A stretch of DNA of 64,000 bases from Eledone cirrhosa. Lineage: Eukaryota. Shown here piece after piece: positions 15,001-31,104 of this stretch. The notes below the pieces were generated by a model that was not told the origin of the DNA, did no database searches, and saw nothing but the letters and a program-made list of their open reading frames with translations. The stretch is taken from assembly GCA_964016885.1 (NCBI GenBank), contig OZ024744.1, positions 10,850,001-10,914,000 of the forward strand, written 5' to 3'. The first letter of the stretch is position 1; each line of letters begins with the position of its first letter. Made by a program: the position numbers and the translations under genes.

Positions 15001-18000
15001 TATGTCATGTTATACTCCAATATGTCGTTGTTATACTCCAATATGTCATGTTGTTGTACTCCAATATGTCGTATTGTTGTACTCCAATATGTTTTGATGT
15101 TGTACTCCAATATGTTGTGTTGTTGTACTCCAATATGTTGTGTAGTCGTACTCCAATATGTTGTATTGTTATACTCCAATATGTTGTGCTGTTGTACTCC
15201 AATATGTTCTGTTGTTGTACTCCAATATGTCGTATTGTTGTACTCCAATATGTTTTGATGTTGTACTCCAATATGTTTTGCTGTTGTACTCCACTGTGTT
15301 GTGTTGTTGAACTCCAATATGATGTGTTGTTGTTCTCCAATATTTTGTGCTGTTGTACTCCAATTTGTGTTGTTGTACTCCAATATGTTGTGTTGTTGTA
15401 CTTCAATATGTTGTGTTGTTGTACTCCAATATGTTGCGTTGTTATACTCCAATATGTTGTGCTGTTGTACTCCAATATTTCGTGTTGTTGTACTCCAATA
15501 CGGCGTGTTGTTGTACTCCAATATGTTTTGATGTTGTACTCCAATATGTTGTGTTGTTGTACTCCAATATGTATTGATGTTGTACTCCAATATGTTGTGT
15601 TTTTTGTACTCCAATATGTTGTGTAGTCGTACTCCAATATATCATGTTGTTGTACTCCAATATGTCTTGTTATAGTCCAATATGTCGTGTTGTTGTACTC
15701 CAATATGTCATGTAGTTGTATTCCAATATTTCGTGTTGTTGTACCCCAATATGTTGTATTGTTATACTCCAATATGTTGTGCTGTTGTACTCCAATATGT
15801 TCTGTTGTTGTACTCCAATATGTTGTGTTGTTATTCTCCAATATGTTGTGCTGTTGTACTCCAATGTGTTATGTTGTTATACTCCAATATGTTGTGCTGT
15901 GCTACTCCAATATATTGTGTTGTTGTACTCCAATGTGTTGTGTTGTTATACTCCAATATGTTGTGTTGATTTACTCCAATATGTTGTGTTGTTGTACTCC
16001 AATCTGTTGTGTTGTTATACTCCAATATGTTGTGTTGTTATACTCCAATATGTTGTGTTGTTTTACTCCAATATGTTGTGTTGTTGTACTCCAATATGTT
16101 GTGTTGTTGTAATCCAATATCTTGTGTTGTTATACTCCAATATGTTGTGTTGTTGTACTCCAATATGTTGTGTTGTTATACTCCAATATGTTGTGTTGTG
16201 ATACTCCAATATGTTGTGCTGTTGTACTCCAATATGTTGTGTTGTTATACTCCAATATGTTGTGTTGTTTTACTCCAATGTGTTGTGTTGTTGTACTCTA
16301 ATATATCATGTTGTCGTACTCCAATATGTCATGTTATACTCCAATATGTCGTTGTTATACTCCAATATGTCATGTTGTTGTACTCCAATATGTCGTATTG
16401 TTGTACTCCAATATGTTTTGATGTTGTACTCCAATATGTTGTGTTGTTGTACTCCAATATGTTGTATTGTTATACTCCAATATGTTGTGCTGTTGTACTC
16501 CAATATGTTCTGTTGTTGTACTCCAATATATTGTGTTGCTGTACTCCAATATGTCGTGTTGTTGTACTCCAATATGTTGTGTTGTTGTACTCCAATATGT
16601 TGTGTTGTTGTACTCCAATATGTTGTGTTGTTATACTCCAATATGTTATGTTGTTGTACTCCAATATGTCATGTTGTTGTACTCCAATATGTTTTGCTGT
16701 TGTACTCCAATATGCTGTGTTGTTGTACTCCAATATGTTTTGATGTTGTACTCCAATATGTTGTGTTGTTGTACTCCAATATGTTGTGTAGTCGTACTCC
16801 AATATGTTGTGTTGTTGTACTCCAATATGCTGTGATGTTGTACTCCAATATGATGTGCTGTTGTACTCCAATGCGTTGTGTTGTTGTACTCCAATATGCT
16901 GTGTTGTTATACTCCAATATGTTGTGTTGTTATACTCCAATATGTTGTGTTGGTGTAATCCAATATCTTGTGTTATTTTACTCCAATATGTTGTGTTGTT
17001 GTACTCCAATATGTTGTGTTGTTGTACTCCAATATGTTGTGTTGTTGTAATCCAATATCTTGTGTTGTTATACTCCAATCTGTTGCGTTATACTCCAATA
17101 TGTTGTGTTGTTATACTCCAATATGTTGTGTTGTTATACTCCAATATGTGTTGTTTTACTCCAATATGTTGTATTGTTGATCTCCAATATGTCATATTAT
17201 ACTCCAATAAGTTGTGTTCTTGTACTCCAATATGTTTTGTTGTTGTACTCCAATATGTTGCTTTGTTGTACTCCAATATATCATGTTGTCGTACTCCAAT
17301 ATGTCATGTTATACTCCAATATGTTTTGATGCTGTACTCCAATATGTTGTGTTGTTGTACTACAATATGTTGTGTTGTTGTACTCCAATATGTTGTGTTG
17401 TTATACTCCAATATGTTGTGCTGTTGTACTCCAATATGTTGTGTTGTTATACTCCAATATATAGTGTTGTTATACTCCAATATGTTGTGTTGTTGTACTC
17501 CAATCTGTTGTGTTGTTATACTCCAATATATTGTGTTGTTATACTCCAATATGTTGTGTTGTTTTACTCCAATATGTTGTGTTGTACTCCAATATGTTGT
17601 ATTGTTGTTCTCCAATATGTCATGTTATACTCCAATAAGTTGTGTTCTTGTACTCCAATATGTTGTGTTGTTGTACTCCAATATGTTGTGTTGTTGTACT
17701 CCAATATATCATGTTGTCGTACTCCAATATATCATGATGCTGTACTCCAATATGTCGTGTTCTTGTACTCCAATATGTCGTGCTGTTGTACTCCAATATG
17801 TCGTGTTGTTTTACTCCAATATGTTGTGCTGTTGTACTCCAATATGTCGTGTTGTTTTACTCCAATATGTTGTGTTGTTATACTCCAATATGTTGTGCTG
17901 TTGTACTCCAATATTTCGTGTTGTTATACTCCAATACGTCGTGTTGTACTCCAATATGTTTTGATGTTGTACTCCAATATGTTGTGTTGTTGTACTCCAA

Positions 18001-21000
18001 TATGTTGTGTAGTCGAACTCCAATATGGTGTGTTGTTGTACTCCAATATGCTGTGGTGTTATACTCCAATATGATGTGATGTTGTACTCCAATGCGTTGT
18101 GTTGTTGTACTCCAATTGATGTGTTGTTGTACTCCAATATGTTGTGCTGTTGTACTCCAATATTTTTTTTGTTTTTTGTACTCCAATATGTTGTGTTGTT
18201 ATACTCCAATATGTTGTGTTGTTATACTCCAATATGTTGTGCTGTTGTACTCCAAATCTCGTGTTGTTATACTCCAATGTGTTGTATTGTTATACTCCAA
18301 TATGGTGTGTTGTTGTACTCCAATATATTGTATTGTTTTCTCCAATATGTCATGTTATACTCCAATATGGTGTGTTCGTGTACTTCAATATGTTGTGTTA
18401 TTGTACTCCAATATGTCTTGTTATAGTCCAATATGTCGTGTTGTTGTACTCCAATATATCATATAGTTGTACTCCAATATTTCGTGTTGTTGTACCCCAA
18501 TATGTAGTGTTGTTTATACTCCAATATGTTTTGCTGTTGTACTCCAATATGTTGTGTTGCTGTACTCCTATATGTTGTGTTGTTATTCTTCAATATGTTG
18601 TGCGGTTGTACTCCAATGTGTTGTGTTGTTATACTCCAATATGTTGCGTTGATTTACTCCAATATGTTGTGTTGTTGTACTCCAATCTGTTGTGTTGTTA
18701 TACTCCAATGTGTTGTGTTGTTATACTCCAATATGTTGTGTTGTTGTAGTCCAATATGTTGTGTTGTTGTACTCCAATATGTTGTGTTGTCGTACTCCAA
18801 TATGTGATGTTGTACTCCAATATGTTGTGTTGTTATACTCCAATATTCCGTGTGGTTGTACTCCAATATGTCATGGTGTTGTAGTTCAATATGTCGTGTT
18901 GTTGTACTCCAATATGTTGTCTTGCTGTACTCCAATCTGTTGTATTGTTGTACTCCAATATTTTGTGTTGTTGTACTCCAATATATTGTGTTGTTGTACT
19001 CCAATATGTTGTGTTGTTGTACTCCAATATGCTGTGTTGTTGTACTCCAATATGTTGTGTTGTTGTACTCCAATATGCTGTGTTGTTGTACTCCAATATC
19101 TTGTGTTGTTATACTCCAATATGTTGTGTTGTTATACACCAATATGTTGTATTGTTGTACTCCAATCTGTTGTGCTGTTGTACTCCAATATTATGTGCTG
19201 TTGTACTCCAATATGTTGTGTTGTTGTACTCCAATGTGTTGTGTTGTTGTACTCCAATATGTTGTGCCGTTGTACTCCAATATTTTTTTGTTTTTGTACT
19301 CCAAAATGTTGTGTTGTTATACTCCAATATGTTGTGTTGGTGTACTCCAATATGGTGTGCTGTTGTACTCCAAATCTCGTGTTGTTATACTCCAATGTGT
19401 TGTGTTGTTATACTCCAATATGGTGTGTTGTTGAACTCCAATATGTTGTATTGTTTTTCTCCAATATGTCATGTTATACTCCAATATGTTGTGTTCGTGT
19501 ACTCCAATATGTTGTGTTATTGTACTCCAATATGTTGCGTTGTTGTACTCCAATATGTTGGGTTGTTATACTCCAATATGTTGTGTTGTTGTACTCCAAT
19601 ATGTCATGTTGTTGTACTCCAGTATGCCTTGTTATACTCCAATATGTCGTGTTGCTGTACTCCAATATGTCATGATGTTGTACTCCAATATTTCGTGTCG
19701 TTGTACTCCAATATGTCGTGCTTTTGTACTCCAATATGTTTTGCTGTTGTACTCCACTGTGTTGTGTTGTTGAACTCCAATATGTTGTGTTGTTGTTCTC
19801 CAATATTTTGTGCTGTTGTACTCCAATGTGTTGTGTTGTTATACTCCAATATGTTGTGTTGTGATACTCCAATGTGTTGTGTTGTTGTACTCCAATATGT
19901 TGTGTTGTTATACTCCAATATGTAGTGTTGTTATACTCCAATATGTTGTGTTGTTGTACTCCAATCTGTTGTGTTATACTCCAATATGTTGTGTTGTTAT
20001 ACTCCAATATGTTGTGTCGTTATACTCCAATATGTTGTGTGGTTTTACTCCAATATGTTGTGTTGTTGTACTCCAATATGTTGTGTTGTTGTTCTCCAAT
20101 ATGTCATGCTATACTCCAATAAGTTGTGTTCTTGTACTCCAATATGTTTTGTTGTTGTACTCCAATATGTTGTGTTGTTGTACTCCAATATATCATGTTG
20201 TCGTACTCCAATATGTCATGTTATACTCCAATATGTCGTTGTTATACTCCAATATGTCATGTTGCTGTACTCCAACATGTCGTGTTGTAGTACTCCAATA
20301 TGTTTTGATGTTGTACCCAATATGTTGTGTTGTTGTACTCCAATATGTTGTGTTGTTGTACTCCAATATGTTGTGTTGTTATACTCCAATATGTTGTGCT
20401 GTTGTACTCCAATATGTCATGTTGTTGTACTCCGATATTTCGTGTTGTTCTACTCCAATATTTCGTGTTGTTGTACTCCAATATGTCGTGGTGTTGTACT
20501 CCAATATGTTTTGATGTTGTACTCCAATATGTCGTGTTGTTGTACTCCAATATGTTGTGTTGTTGTACTCCAATATGCTGTGTTGTTATACTCCTATATG
20601 TTGTACTGTTGTACTTCAATATGTTGTGTTGTACTCCAATATGTTGTGTTGTTATACTCCAATATATTGTGTTGTTGTACTCCAATATGTTGTGTTGTTG
20701 TACTCCAATATGTGATGTTGTTGTACTCCAATATGTCGTATTGTTGTACTCCAATATATTGTGTTGTTATACTCCAATATTTCGTGTTGTTTTAGTCCAA
20801 TATGTCATGTTGTTTTACTCCAATATTTCGTGTTGTTGTACTCCAATATGTCATGGTGTTGTACTTCAATATGTCGTATTGTTGTACTCCAATATGTTGT
20901 GTTGTTGTTCTCCAATATGTCGTGTTGTTATACTCCAATATGTTATGATGTTGTACTCCAATATATTGTGTTGTTGTACTCCAATATGTTGTGTTGCTGT

Positions 21001-22200
21001 ACTCCAATATGTTGTGTCGTTGTACTGCAATATGTTGTGTTGTTATACTCCAATATGTTGTGCTGTTGTACTCCAATATGTCATGTTGTTGTACTTCGAT
21101 ATTTCGTGTTGTTGTACTCCAACATGTCGTGTTTTTGTACTCCAATATGTTTTGATGTTGTACTCCAATATGTTGTGTTGCTGTACTCCAATATGTTGTA
21201 TTGTTGTACTCCAATATGCTGTGTTGTCATACTCCTATATGTTGTGCTGTTGTACTCCAATATGTTGTGTTGTACTCCAATATGTTGTGTTGTTATACTC
21301 CAATATGTTGTGTTGTTGCACTCCAATATGTTGTGTTGTTGTACTCCAATATGTGATGTTGTTGTACTCCAATATGTCGTGATGTTGTACTCCAATATGT
21401 TGTGTTGTTATACTCCACTATTTCGTGTTGTTTTACTCCAATATGTCATGTTGTTGTACTCCAATATGTCTTGTTGTTGTACTCCAATATGTTTTGATGT
21501 TGTACTCCAATATGTTGTGTTGTTTTACTCCAATACGTCGTGTTGTACTCCAATATGTTGTGTTGTTATACTCCAATACGTTATGTTATTGTACTCCAAT
21601 ATGTCTTGTTGTTGTACTCCAATATGTTTTGATGTTGTACTCCAATATGTTGTGTTGTTGTACTCCAATATGATGTGATGCTGTACTCCAATGCGTTGCG
21701 TTGTTGTACTCCAATGTGATGTGTTGTTGTACTCCAATATGTTGTGCTGTTGTACTCCAATATTTTTTGTTTTTTGTACTCCAATATGTTGTGTTGTTAT
21801 ACTCCAATATGTTGTGTTGTTATACTCCAATATGTTGTGCTGTTGTACTCCAAATCTCGTGTTGCTATACTCCAATATGATGTGTTCGTGTACTCCAATA
21901 TGTTGTGTTATTGTACTCCAATATGTTTTGCTGTTGTACTCCAATATGTTGTGTTGCTGTACTCCTATATGTTGTGTTGTTATTCTCCAATATGTTATGC
22001 TGTTGTACTCCAATGTGTTGTGTTGTTATACTCCAATATGTTGTGTTGATTTACTCCAATATGTTGTGTTGTTGTACTCCAATCTGTTGTGTTGTTATAC
22101 TCCAATGTGTTGTGTTGTTATACTCCAATATGTTGTGTTGTTGTAGTCCAATATGTTGTGTTGTTGTACTCCAATATGTTGTGTTGTCGTACTCCAATAT
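1..22200. repeat. Heterogeneous satellite layer of shuffled sub-kb to kb blocks with irregular duplication offsets
   Basis: Matching pseudo-ORF blocks are offset by 10,002 (165/10,167), 10,091 (806/10,897), 3,042 (2,959/6,001), 2,493 (2,159/4,652) and 5,422 (8,823/14,245; marker at 8,711/14,133). No constant period is visible. Confidence 0.85.
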
Positions 22201-25200
22201 GTCCTGTTGTTGTACTCCAATATGTTGTCTTATTGTACTCCAATCTGTTGTATTGTTGTACTCCAATATGTTCTGTTGTTGTACTCCAATATATTGTGTT
22301 GTTGTACTCCAATATGTTGTGTTGTTGTACTCCAATATGCTGTGTTGTTGTACTCCAATATGTTGTGTTGTTGTACTCCAATATGTTGTGTTGTTGTACT
22401 CCAATATCTTGTGTTGTTATACTCCAATATGTTGTGTTGTTATACTCCAATATGTTGTGTTGTTGTACTCCAATATGTTGTGCTGTTGTACTCCAATATG
22501 ATGTGCTGTTGTACTCCAATACGTTGTGTTGTTGTACTCCAATGTGTTGTGTTGTTGTACTCCAATATGTTGTGCCGTTGTACTCCAATATTTTTTTGCT
22601 TTTTGTACTCCAAAATGTTGTGTTGTTATACTCCAATATATTGTGTTGGTGTACTCCAATATGCTGTGCTGTTGTACTCCAAATCTCGTGTTGTTATACT
22701 CCAATGTGTTGTGTTGTTATACTCCAATATGGTGTGTTGTTGAACTCCAATGTGTTGTATTGTTTTTCTCCAATATGTCATGTTATACTCCAATATGTTG
22801 TGTTCGTGTACTCCAATATGTTGTGTTATTGTACTCCAATATGTTGCGTTGTTGTACTCCAATATGTTGTGTTGTTATACTCCAATATGTTGTGTTGTTG
22901 TACTCCAATATGTCATGTTGTTGTACTCCAGTATGTCTTGTTATACTCCAATATGTCGCGTTGCTGTACTCCAATATGTCATGCTGTTGTACTCCAATAT
23001 TTCGTGTCGTTGTACTCCAATATGTCGTGCTTTTGTACTCCAATATGTTTTGCTGTTGTACTCCACTGTGTTGTGTTGTTGAACTCCAATATGTTGTGTT
23101 GTTGTTCTCCAATATTTTGTGATGTTGTACTCCAATGTGTTGTGTTGTTATACTCCAATATGTTGTGTTGTTGTACTCCAATATGTTGTCTTGTTGTACT
23201 CCAAAAGGCCATGTTATCGTACTCCAATATGTCGTGTGGCTATACTCCAATATATCATGTTGTTGTACTCCAATATGTCTTGTTATAGTCCAATATGTCG
23301 TGTTGTTGTACTCCAATATGTCATGTAGTTGTATTCCAATATTTCGTGTTGTTGTACCCCAATATGTCGTGTTGTTTATACTCCAATATGTTTTGCTGTT
23401 GTACTCCAATATGTTGTGTTGCTGTACTCCAATATGTTGTGTTGTTATTCTCCAATATGTTGTGCTGTTGTACTCCAATGTGTTATGTTGTTATACTCCA
23501 ATATGTTGTGCTGTGCTACTCCAATATATTGTGTTGTTGTACTCTAATGTGTTGTGTTGTTATACTCCAATATGTTGTGTTGATTTACTCCAATATGTTG
23601 TGTTGTTGTACTCCAATCTGTTGTGTTGTTATACTCCAATATGTTGTGTTGTTATACTCCAATATGTTGTGTTGTTTTACTCCAATATGTTGCGTTGTTG
23701 TAATCCAATATCTTGTGTTGTTATACTCCAATATGTTGTGTTGTTGTACTCCAATATGTTGTGTTGTGATACTCCAATATGTTGTGCTGTTGTACTCCAA
23801 TATGTTGTGTTGTTATACTCCAATATGTTGTGTTGTTTTACTCCAATATGTTGTGTTGTTGTACTCTAATATATCATGTTGTCGTATTCCAATATGTCAT
23901 GTTATACTCCAATATGTCGTTGTTATACTCCAATATGTCATGTTGTTGTACTCCAATATGTCGTATTGTTGTACTCCAATATGTTTTGATGTTGTACTCC
24001 AATATGTTGTGTTGTTGTACTCCAATATGTTGTGTAGTCGTACTCCAATATGTTGTATTGTTATACTCCAAAATGTTGTGCTGTTGTACTCCAATATGTT
24101 CTGTTGTTGTACTCCAATATATTGTGTTGCTATACTCCAATATGTCGTGTTGTTGTACTCCAATATGTTGTGTTGTTGTACTCCAATATGTTGTGTTGTT
24201 GTACTCCAATATGTTGTGTTGTTATACTCCAATATGTTATGTTGTTGTACTCCAATATGTCATGTTGTTGTACTCCAATATGTTTTGCTGTTGTACTCCA
24301 ATATGCTGTGTTGTTGTACTCCAATATGTTTTGATGTTGTACTCCAATATGTTGTGTTGTTGTACTCCGATATGTTGTGTAGTCGTACTCCAATATGTTG
24401 TGTTGTTGTACTCCAATATGTTTTGATGTTGTACTCCAATATGTTGTGATGTTGTACTCCAATATGATGTGCTGTTGTACTCCAATGCGTTGTGTTGTTG
24501 TACTCCAATATGCTGTGTTGTTATACTCCAATATGTTGTGTTGTTATACTCCAATATGTTGTGTTGGTGTAATCCAATATCTTGTGTTATTTTACTCCAA
24601 TATGTTGTGTTGTTGTACTCCAATATGTTGTGTTGTTGTACTCCAATATGTTGTGTTGTTGTAATCCAATATCTTGTGTTGTTATACTCCAATATGTTGT
24701 GCTGTTGTACTCCAATATGTTGAGTTGTTATACTCCAATATGTAGTGTTGTTATACTCCAATATGTTGTGTTGTACTCCAATCTGTTGCGTTATACTCCA
24801 ATATGTTGTGTTGTTATACTCCAATATGTTGTGTTGTTATACTCCAATATGTTGTGTTGTTTTACTCCCATATGTTGTATTGTTGATCTCCAATATGTCA
24901 TATTATACTCCAATAAGTTGTGTTCTTGTACTCCAATATGTTTTGTTGTTGTACTCCAATATGTTGCTTTGTTGTACTCCAATATATCATGTTGTCATAC
25001 TCCAATATGTCATGTTATACTCCAATATGTTTTGATGCTGTACTCCAATATGTTGTGTTGTTGTACTACAATATGTTGTGTTGTTGTACTCCAATATGTT
25101 GTGTTGTTATACTCCAATATGTTGTGCTGTTGTACTCCAATATGTTGTGTTGTTATACTCCAATATGTAGTGTTGTTATACTCCAATATGTTGTGTTGTT

Positions 25201-28200
25201 GTACTCCAATCTGTTGTGTTGTTATACTCCAATATATTGTGTTGTTATACTCCAATATGTTGTGTTGTTGTACTCCAATATGTTGTATTGTTGTTCTCCA
25301 ATATGTCATGTTATACTCCAATAAGTTGTGTTCTTGTACTCCAATATGTTGTGTTGTTTTACTCCAATATGTTGTGTTGTTGTACTCCAATATATCATGT
25401 TGTCGTACTCCAATATATCATGATGTTGTACTCCAATATGTCGTGTTCTTGTACTCCAATATGTCATGTTGTCGTACTGCAATATGTTGTGTTGTTGTAC
25501 TCCAATATGTTGTGCTGTTGTACTCCAATATGTCGTGTTGTTTTACTCCAATATGTTGTGTTGTTATACTCCAATATGTTGTGCTGTTGTACTCCAATAT
25601 TTCGTGTTGTTATACTCCAATACGTCGTGTTGTACTCCAATATGTTGTGTTGTTATACTCCAATATGTTATGTTGTTGTACTCCAATATGTCTTGTTGTT
25701 GTACTCCAATATGTTTTGATGTTGTACTCCAATATGTTGTGTTGTTGTACCCCAATATGTTTTGATGTTGTACTCCAATATGTTGTGTTGTTGTACTCCA
25801 ATATGTTGTGTAGTCGTACTCCAATATGGTATGTTGTTGTACTCCAATATGCTGTGGTGTTATACTCCAATATGATGTGATGTTGTACTCCAATGCGTTG
25901 TGTTTTTGTACTCCAATTGATGTGTTATTGTACTCCAATATGTTGTGCTGTTGTACTCCAATATTTTTTTGTTTTTTGTACTCCAATATGTTGTGTTGTT
26001 ATACTCCAATATGTTGTGTTGTTATACTCCAATATGTTGTGCTGTTGTACTCCAAATCTCGTGTTGTTATACTCCAATGTGTTGTGTTGTTATACTCCAA
26101 TATGGTGTGTTGTTGTACTCCAATATATTGTATTGTTTTCTCCAATATGTCATGTTATACTCCAATATGGTGTGTTCGTGTACTTCAATATGTTGTGTTA
26201 TTGTACTCCAATATTTTGCGTTGTTGTACTCCAATATGTTGTGTTGTTATACTCCAATATGTCGTGTGGTTGTACTCCAATATGTCATGTTGTTGTACTC
26301 CAATATGTCTTGTTATAGTCCAATATGTCGTGTTGTTGTACTCCAATATATCATGTAGTTGTACTCCAATATTTCGTGTTGTTGTACTCCTATATGCTGT
26401 GTTGTTATTCTTCAATATGTTGTGCGGTTGTACTCCAATGTGTTGTGTTGTTATACTCCAATATGTTGCGTTGATTTACTCCAATATGTTGTGTTGTTGT
26501 ACTCCAATCTGTTGTGTTGTTATACTCCAATGTGTTGTGTTGTTATACTCCAATATGTTGTGTTGTTGTAGTCCAATATGTTGTGTTGTTGTACTCCAAT
26601 ATGTTGTGTTGTCGTACTCCAATATGTGATGTTGTACTCCAATATGTCATGGTGTTGTAGTTCAATATGTCGTGTTGTTGTACTCCAATATGTTGTCTTG
26701 CTGTACTCCAATCTGTTGTATTGTTGTACTCCAATATATTGTGTTGTTGTACTCCAATATATTGTGTTGTTGTACTCCAATATGTTGTGTTGTTGTACTC
26801 CAATATGATGTGTTGTTGTACTCCAATATGTTGTGTTGTTGTACTCCAATATGTTGTGTTGTTGTACTCCAATATGTTGTGTTGTTATACTCCAATATGT
26901 TGTGTTGTTATACTCCAATATGTTGTGTTGTTGTACTCCAATATGTTGTGCTGTTGTACTCCAATATGATGTGCTGTTGTACTCCAATACGTTGTGTTGT
27001 TGTACTCCAATGTGTTGTGTTGTTGTACTCCAATATGTTGTGCCGTTGTACTCCAATATTTTTTTGCTTTTTGTACTCCAAAATGTTGTGTTGTTACACT
27101 CCAATATATTGTGTTGGTGTACTCCAATATGCTGTGCTGTTGTACTCCAAATCTCGTGTTGTTATACTCCAATGTGTTGTGTTGTTATACTCCAATATGG
27201 TGTGTTGTTGAACTCCAATATGTTGTATTGTTTTTCTCCAATATGTCATGTTATACTCCATTATGTTGTGTTCGTGTACTCCAATATGTTGTGTTATTGT
27301 ACTCCAATATGTTGCGTTGTTGTACTCCAATATGTTGTGTTGTTATACTCCAATATGTTGTGTTGTTGTACTCCAATATGTCATGTTGTTGTACTCCAGT
27401 ATGTCTTGTTATACTCCAATATGTCGTGTTGCTGTACTCCAATATGTCATGCTGTTGTACTCCAATATTTCGTGTCGTTGTACTCCAATATGTCGTGCTT
27501 TTGTGCTCCAATATGTTTTGCTGTTGTACTCCACTGTGTTGTGTTGTTGAACTCCAATATGTTGTGTTGTTGTTCTCCAATATTTTGTGATGTTGTACTC
27601 CAATGTGTTGTGTTGTTATACTCCAATATGTTGTGTTGTTGTACTCCAATATGTTGTCTTGTTGTACTCCAAAAGGCCATGTTATCGTACTCCAATATGT
27701 CGTGTGGCTATACTCCAATATATCATGTTGTTGTACTCCAATATGTCTTGTTATAGTCCAATATGTCGTGTTGTTGTACTCCAATATGTCATGTAGTTGT
27801 ATTCCAATATTTCGTGTTGTTGTACCCCAATATGTCGTGTTGTTTATACTCCAATATGTTTTGCTGTTGTACTCCAATATGTTGTGTTGCTGTACTCCAA
27901 TATGTTGTGTTGTTATTCTCCAATATGTTGTGCTGTTGTACTCCAATGTGTTATGTTGTTATACTCCAATATGTTGTGCTGTGCTACTCCAATATATTGT
28001 GTTGTTGTACTCTAATGTGTTGTGTTGTTATACTCCAATATGTTGTGTTGATTTACTCCAATATGTTGTGTTCTTGTACTCCAATCTGTTGTGTTGTTAT
28101 ACTCCAATATGTTGTGTTGTTATACTCCAATATGTTGTGTTGTTTTACTCCAATATGTTGTGTTGTTGTACTCCAATATGTTGTGTTGTTGTACTCCAAT

Positions 28201-31104
28201 ATGTTGTGTTGTTGTAATCCAATATCTTGTGTTGTTATACTCCAATATGTTGTGTTGTTGTACTCCAATATGTTGTGTTGTGATACTCCAATATGTTGTG
28301 CTGTTGTACTCCAATATGTTGTGTTGTTATACTCCAATATGTTGTGTTGTTTTACTCCAATATGTTGTGTTGTTGTACTCTAATATATCATGTTGTCGTA
28401 CTCCAATATGTCATGTTATACTCCAATATGTCGTTGTTATACTCCAATATGTCATGTTGTTGTACTCCAATATGTCGTATTGTTGTACTCCAATATGTTT
28501 TGATGCTGTACTCCAATATGTTGTGTTGTTGTACTCCAATATGTTGTGTAGTCGTACTCCAATATGTTGTATTGTTATACTCCAAAATGTTGTGCTGTTG
28601 TACTCCAATATGTTCTGTTGTTGTACTCCAATATATTGTGTTGCTATACTCCAATATGTCGTGTTGTTGTACTCCAATATGTTGTGTTGTTGTACTCCAA
28701 TATGTTGTGTTGTTGTACTCCAATATGTTGTGTTGTTATACTCCAATATGTTATGTTGTTGTACTCCAATATGTCATGTTGTTGTACTCCAATATGTTTT
28801 GCTGTTGTACTCCAATATGCTGTGTTGTTGTACTCCAATATGTTTTGATGTTGTACTCCAATATGTTGTGTTGTTGTACTCCAATATGTTGTGTAGTCGT
28901 ACTCCAATATGTTGTGTTGTTGTACTCCAATATGTTTTGATGTTGTACTCCAATATGTTGTGATGTTGTACTCCAATATGATGTGCTGTTGTACTCCAAT
29001 GCGTTGTGTTGTTGTACTCCAATATGCTGTGTTGTTATACTCCAATATGTTGTGTTGTTATACTCCAATATGTTGTGTTGGTGTATTCCAATATCTTGTG
29101 TTATTTTACTCCAATATGTTGTGTTGTTGTACTCCAATATGTTGTGTTGTTGTACTCCAATATGTTGTGTTGTTGTAATCCAATATCTTGTGTTGTTATA
29201 CTCCAATATGTTGTGCTGTTGTACTCCAATATGTTGAGTTGTTATACTCCAATATGTAGTGTTGTTATACTCCAATATGTTGTGTTGTTGTACTCCAATC
29301 TGTTGCGTTATACTCCAATATGTTGTGTTGTTATACTCCAATATGTTGTGTTGTTATACTCCAATATGTTGTGTTGTTTTACTCCCATATGTTGTATTGT
29401 TGATCTCCAATATGTCATATTATACTCCAATAAGTTGTGTTCTTGTACTCCAATATGTTTTGTTGTTGTACTCCAATATGTTGCTTTGTTGTACTCCAAT
29501 ATATCATGTTGTCGTACTCCAATATGTCATGTTATACTCCAATATGTTTTGATGCTGTACTCCAATATGTTGTGTTGTTGTACTCCAATATGTTGTGTTG
29601 TTATACTCCAATATGTTGTGCTGTTGTACTCCAATATGTTGTGTTGTTATACTCCAATATGTAGTGTTGTTATACTCCAATATGTTGTGTTGTTGTACTC
29701 CAATCTGTTGTGTTGTTATACTCCAATATATTGTGTTGTTATACTCCAATATGTTGTGTTGTTTTACTCCAATATGTTGTGTTGTTGTACTCCAATATAT
29801 CATGTTGTCGTACTCCAATATATCATGATGTTGTACTCCAATATGTCGTGTTCTTGTACTCCAATATGTCATGTTGTCGTACTGCAATATGTTGTGTTGT
29901 TGTACTCCAATATGTTGTGCTGTTGTACTCCAATATGTCGTGTTGTTTTACTCCAATATGTTGTGTTGTTATACTCCAATATGTTGTGCTGTTGTACTCC
30001 AATATTTCGTGTTGTTATACTCCAATACGTCGTGTTGTACTCCAATATGTTGTGTTGTTATACTCCAATATGTTATGTTGTTGTACTCCAATATGCCTTG
30101 TTGTTGTACTCCAATATGTTTTGATGTTGTACTCCAATATGTTGTGTTGTTGTACCCCAATATGTTTTGATGTTGTACTCCAATATGTTGTGTTGTTGTA
30201 CTCCAATATGTTGTGTAGTCGTACTCCAATATGGTATGTTGTTGTACTCCAATATGCTGTGGTGTTATACTCCAATATGATGTGATGTTGTACTCCAATG
30301 CGTTGTGTTTTTGTACTCCAATTGATGTGTTATTGTACTCCAATATGTTGTGCTGTTGTACTCCAATATTTTTTTGTTTTTTGTACTCCAATATGTTGTG
30401 TTGTTATACTCCAATATGTTGTGTTGTTATACTCCAATATGTTGTGCTGTTGTACTCCAAATCTCGTGTTGTTATACTCCAATGTGTTGTGTTGTTATAC
30501 TCCAATATGGTGTGTTGTTGTACTCCAATATATTGTATTGTTTTCTCCAATATGTAATGTTATACTCCAATATGGCGTGTTCGTGTACTTCAATATGTTG
30601 TGTTATTGTACTCCAATATTTTGCGTTGTTGTACTCCAATATGTTGTGTTGTTATACTCCAATATGTCGTGTGGTTGTACTCCAATATGTCATGTTGTTG
30701 TACTCCAATATGTCTTGTTATAGTCCAATATGTCGTGTTGTTGTACTCCAATATATCATGTAGTTGTACTCCAATATTTCGTGTTGTTGTACCCCAATAT
30801 GTAGTGTTGTTTATACTCCAATATGTTTTGCTGTTGTACTCCAATATGTTGTGTTGCTGTACTCCTATATGTTGTGTTGTTATTCTTCAATATGTTGTGC
30901 GGTTGTACTCCAATGTGTTGTGTTGTTATACTCCAATATGTTGCGTTGATTTACTCCAATATGTTGTGCTGTTGTACTCCAATCTGTTGTGTTGTTATAC
31001 TCCAATGTGTTGTGTTGTTATACTCCAATATGTTGTGTTGTTGTAGTCCAATATGTTGTGTTGTTGTACTCCAATATGTTGTGTTGTCGTACTCCAATAT
31101 GTGA

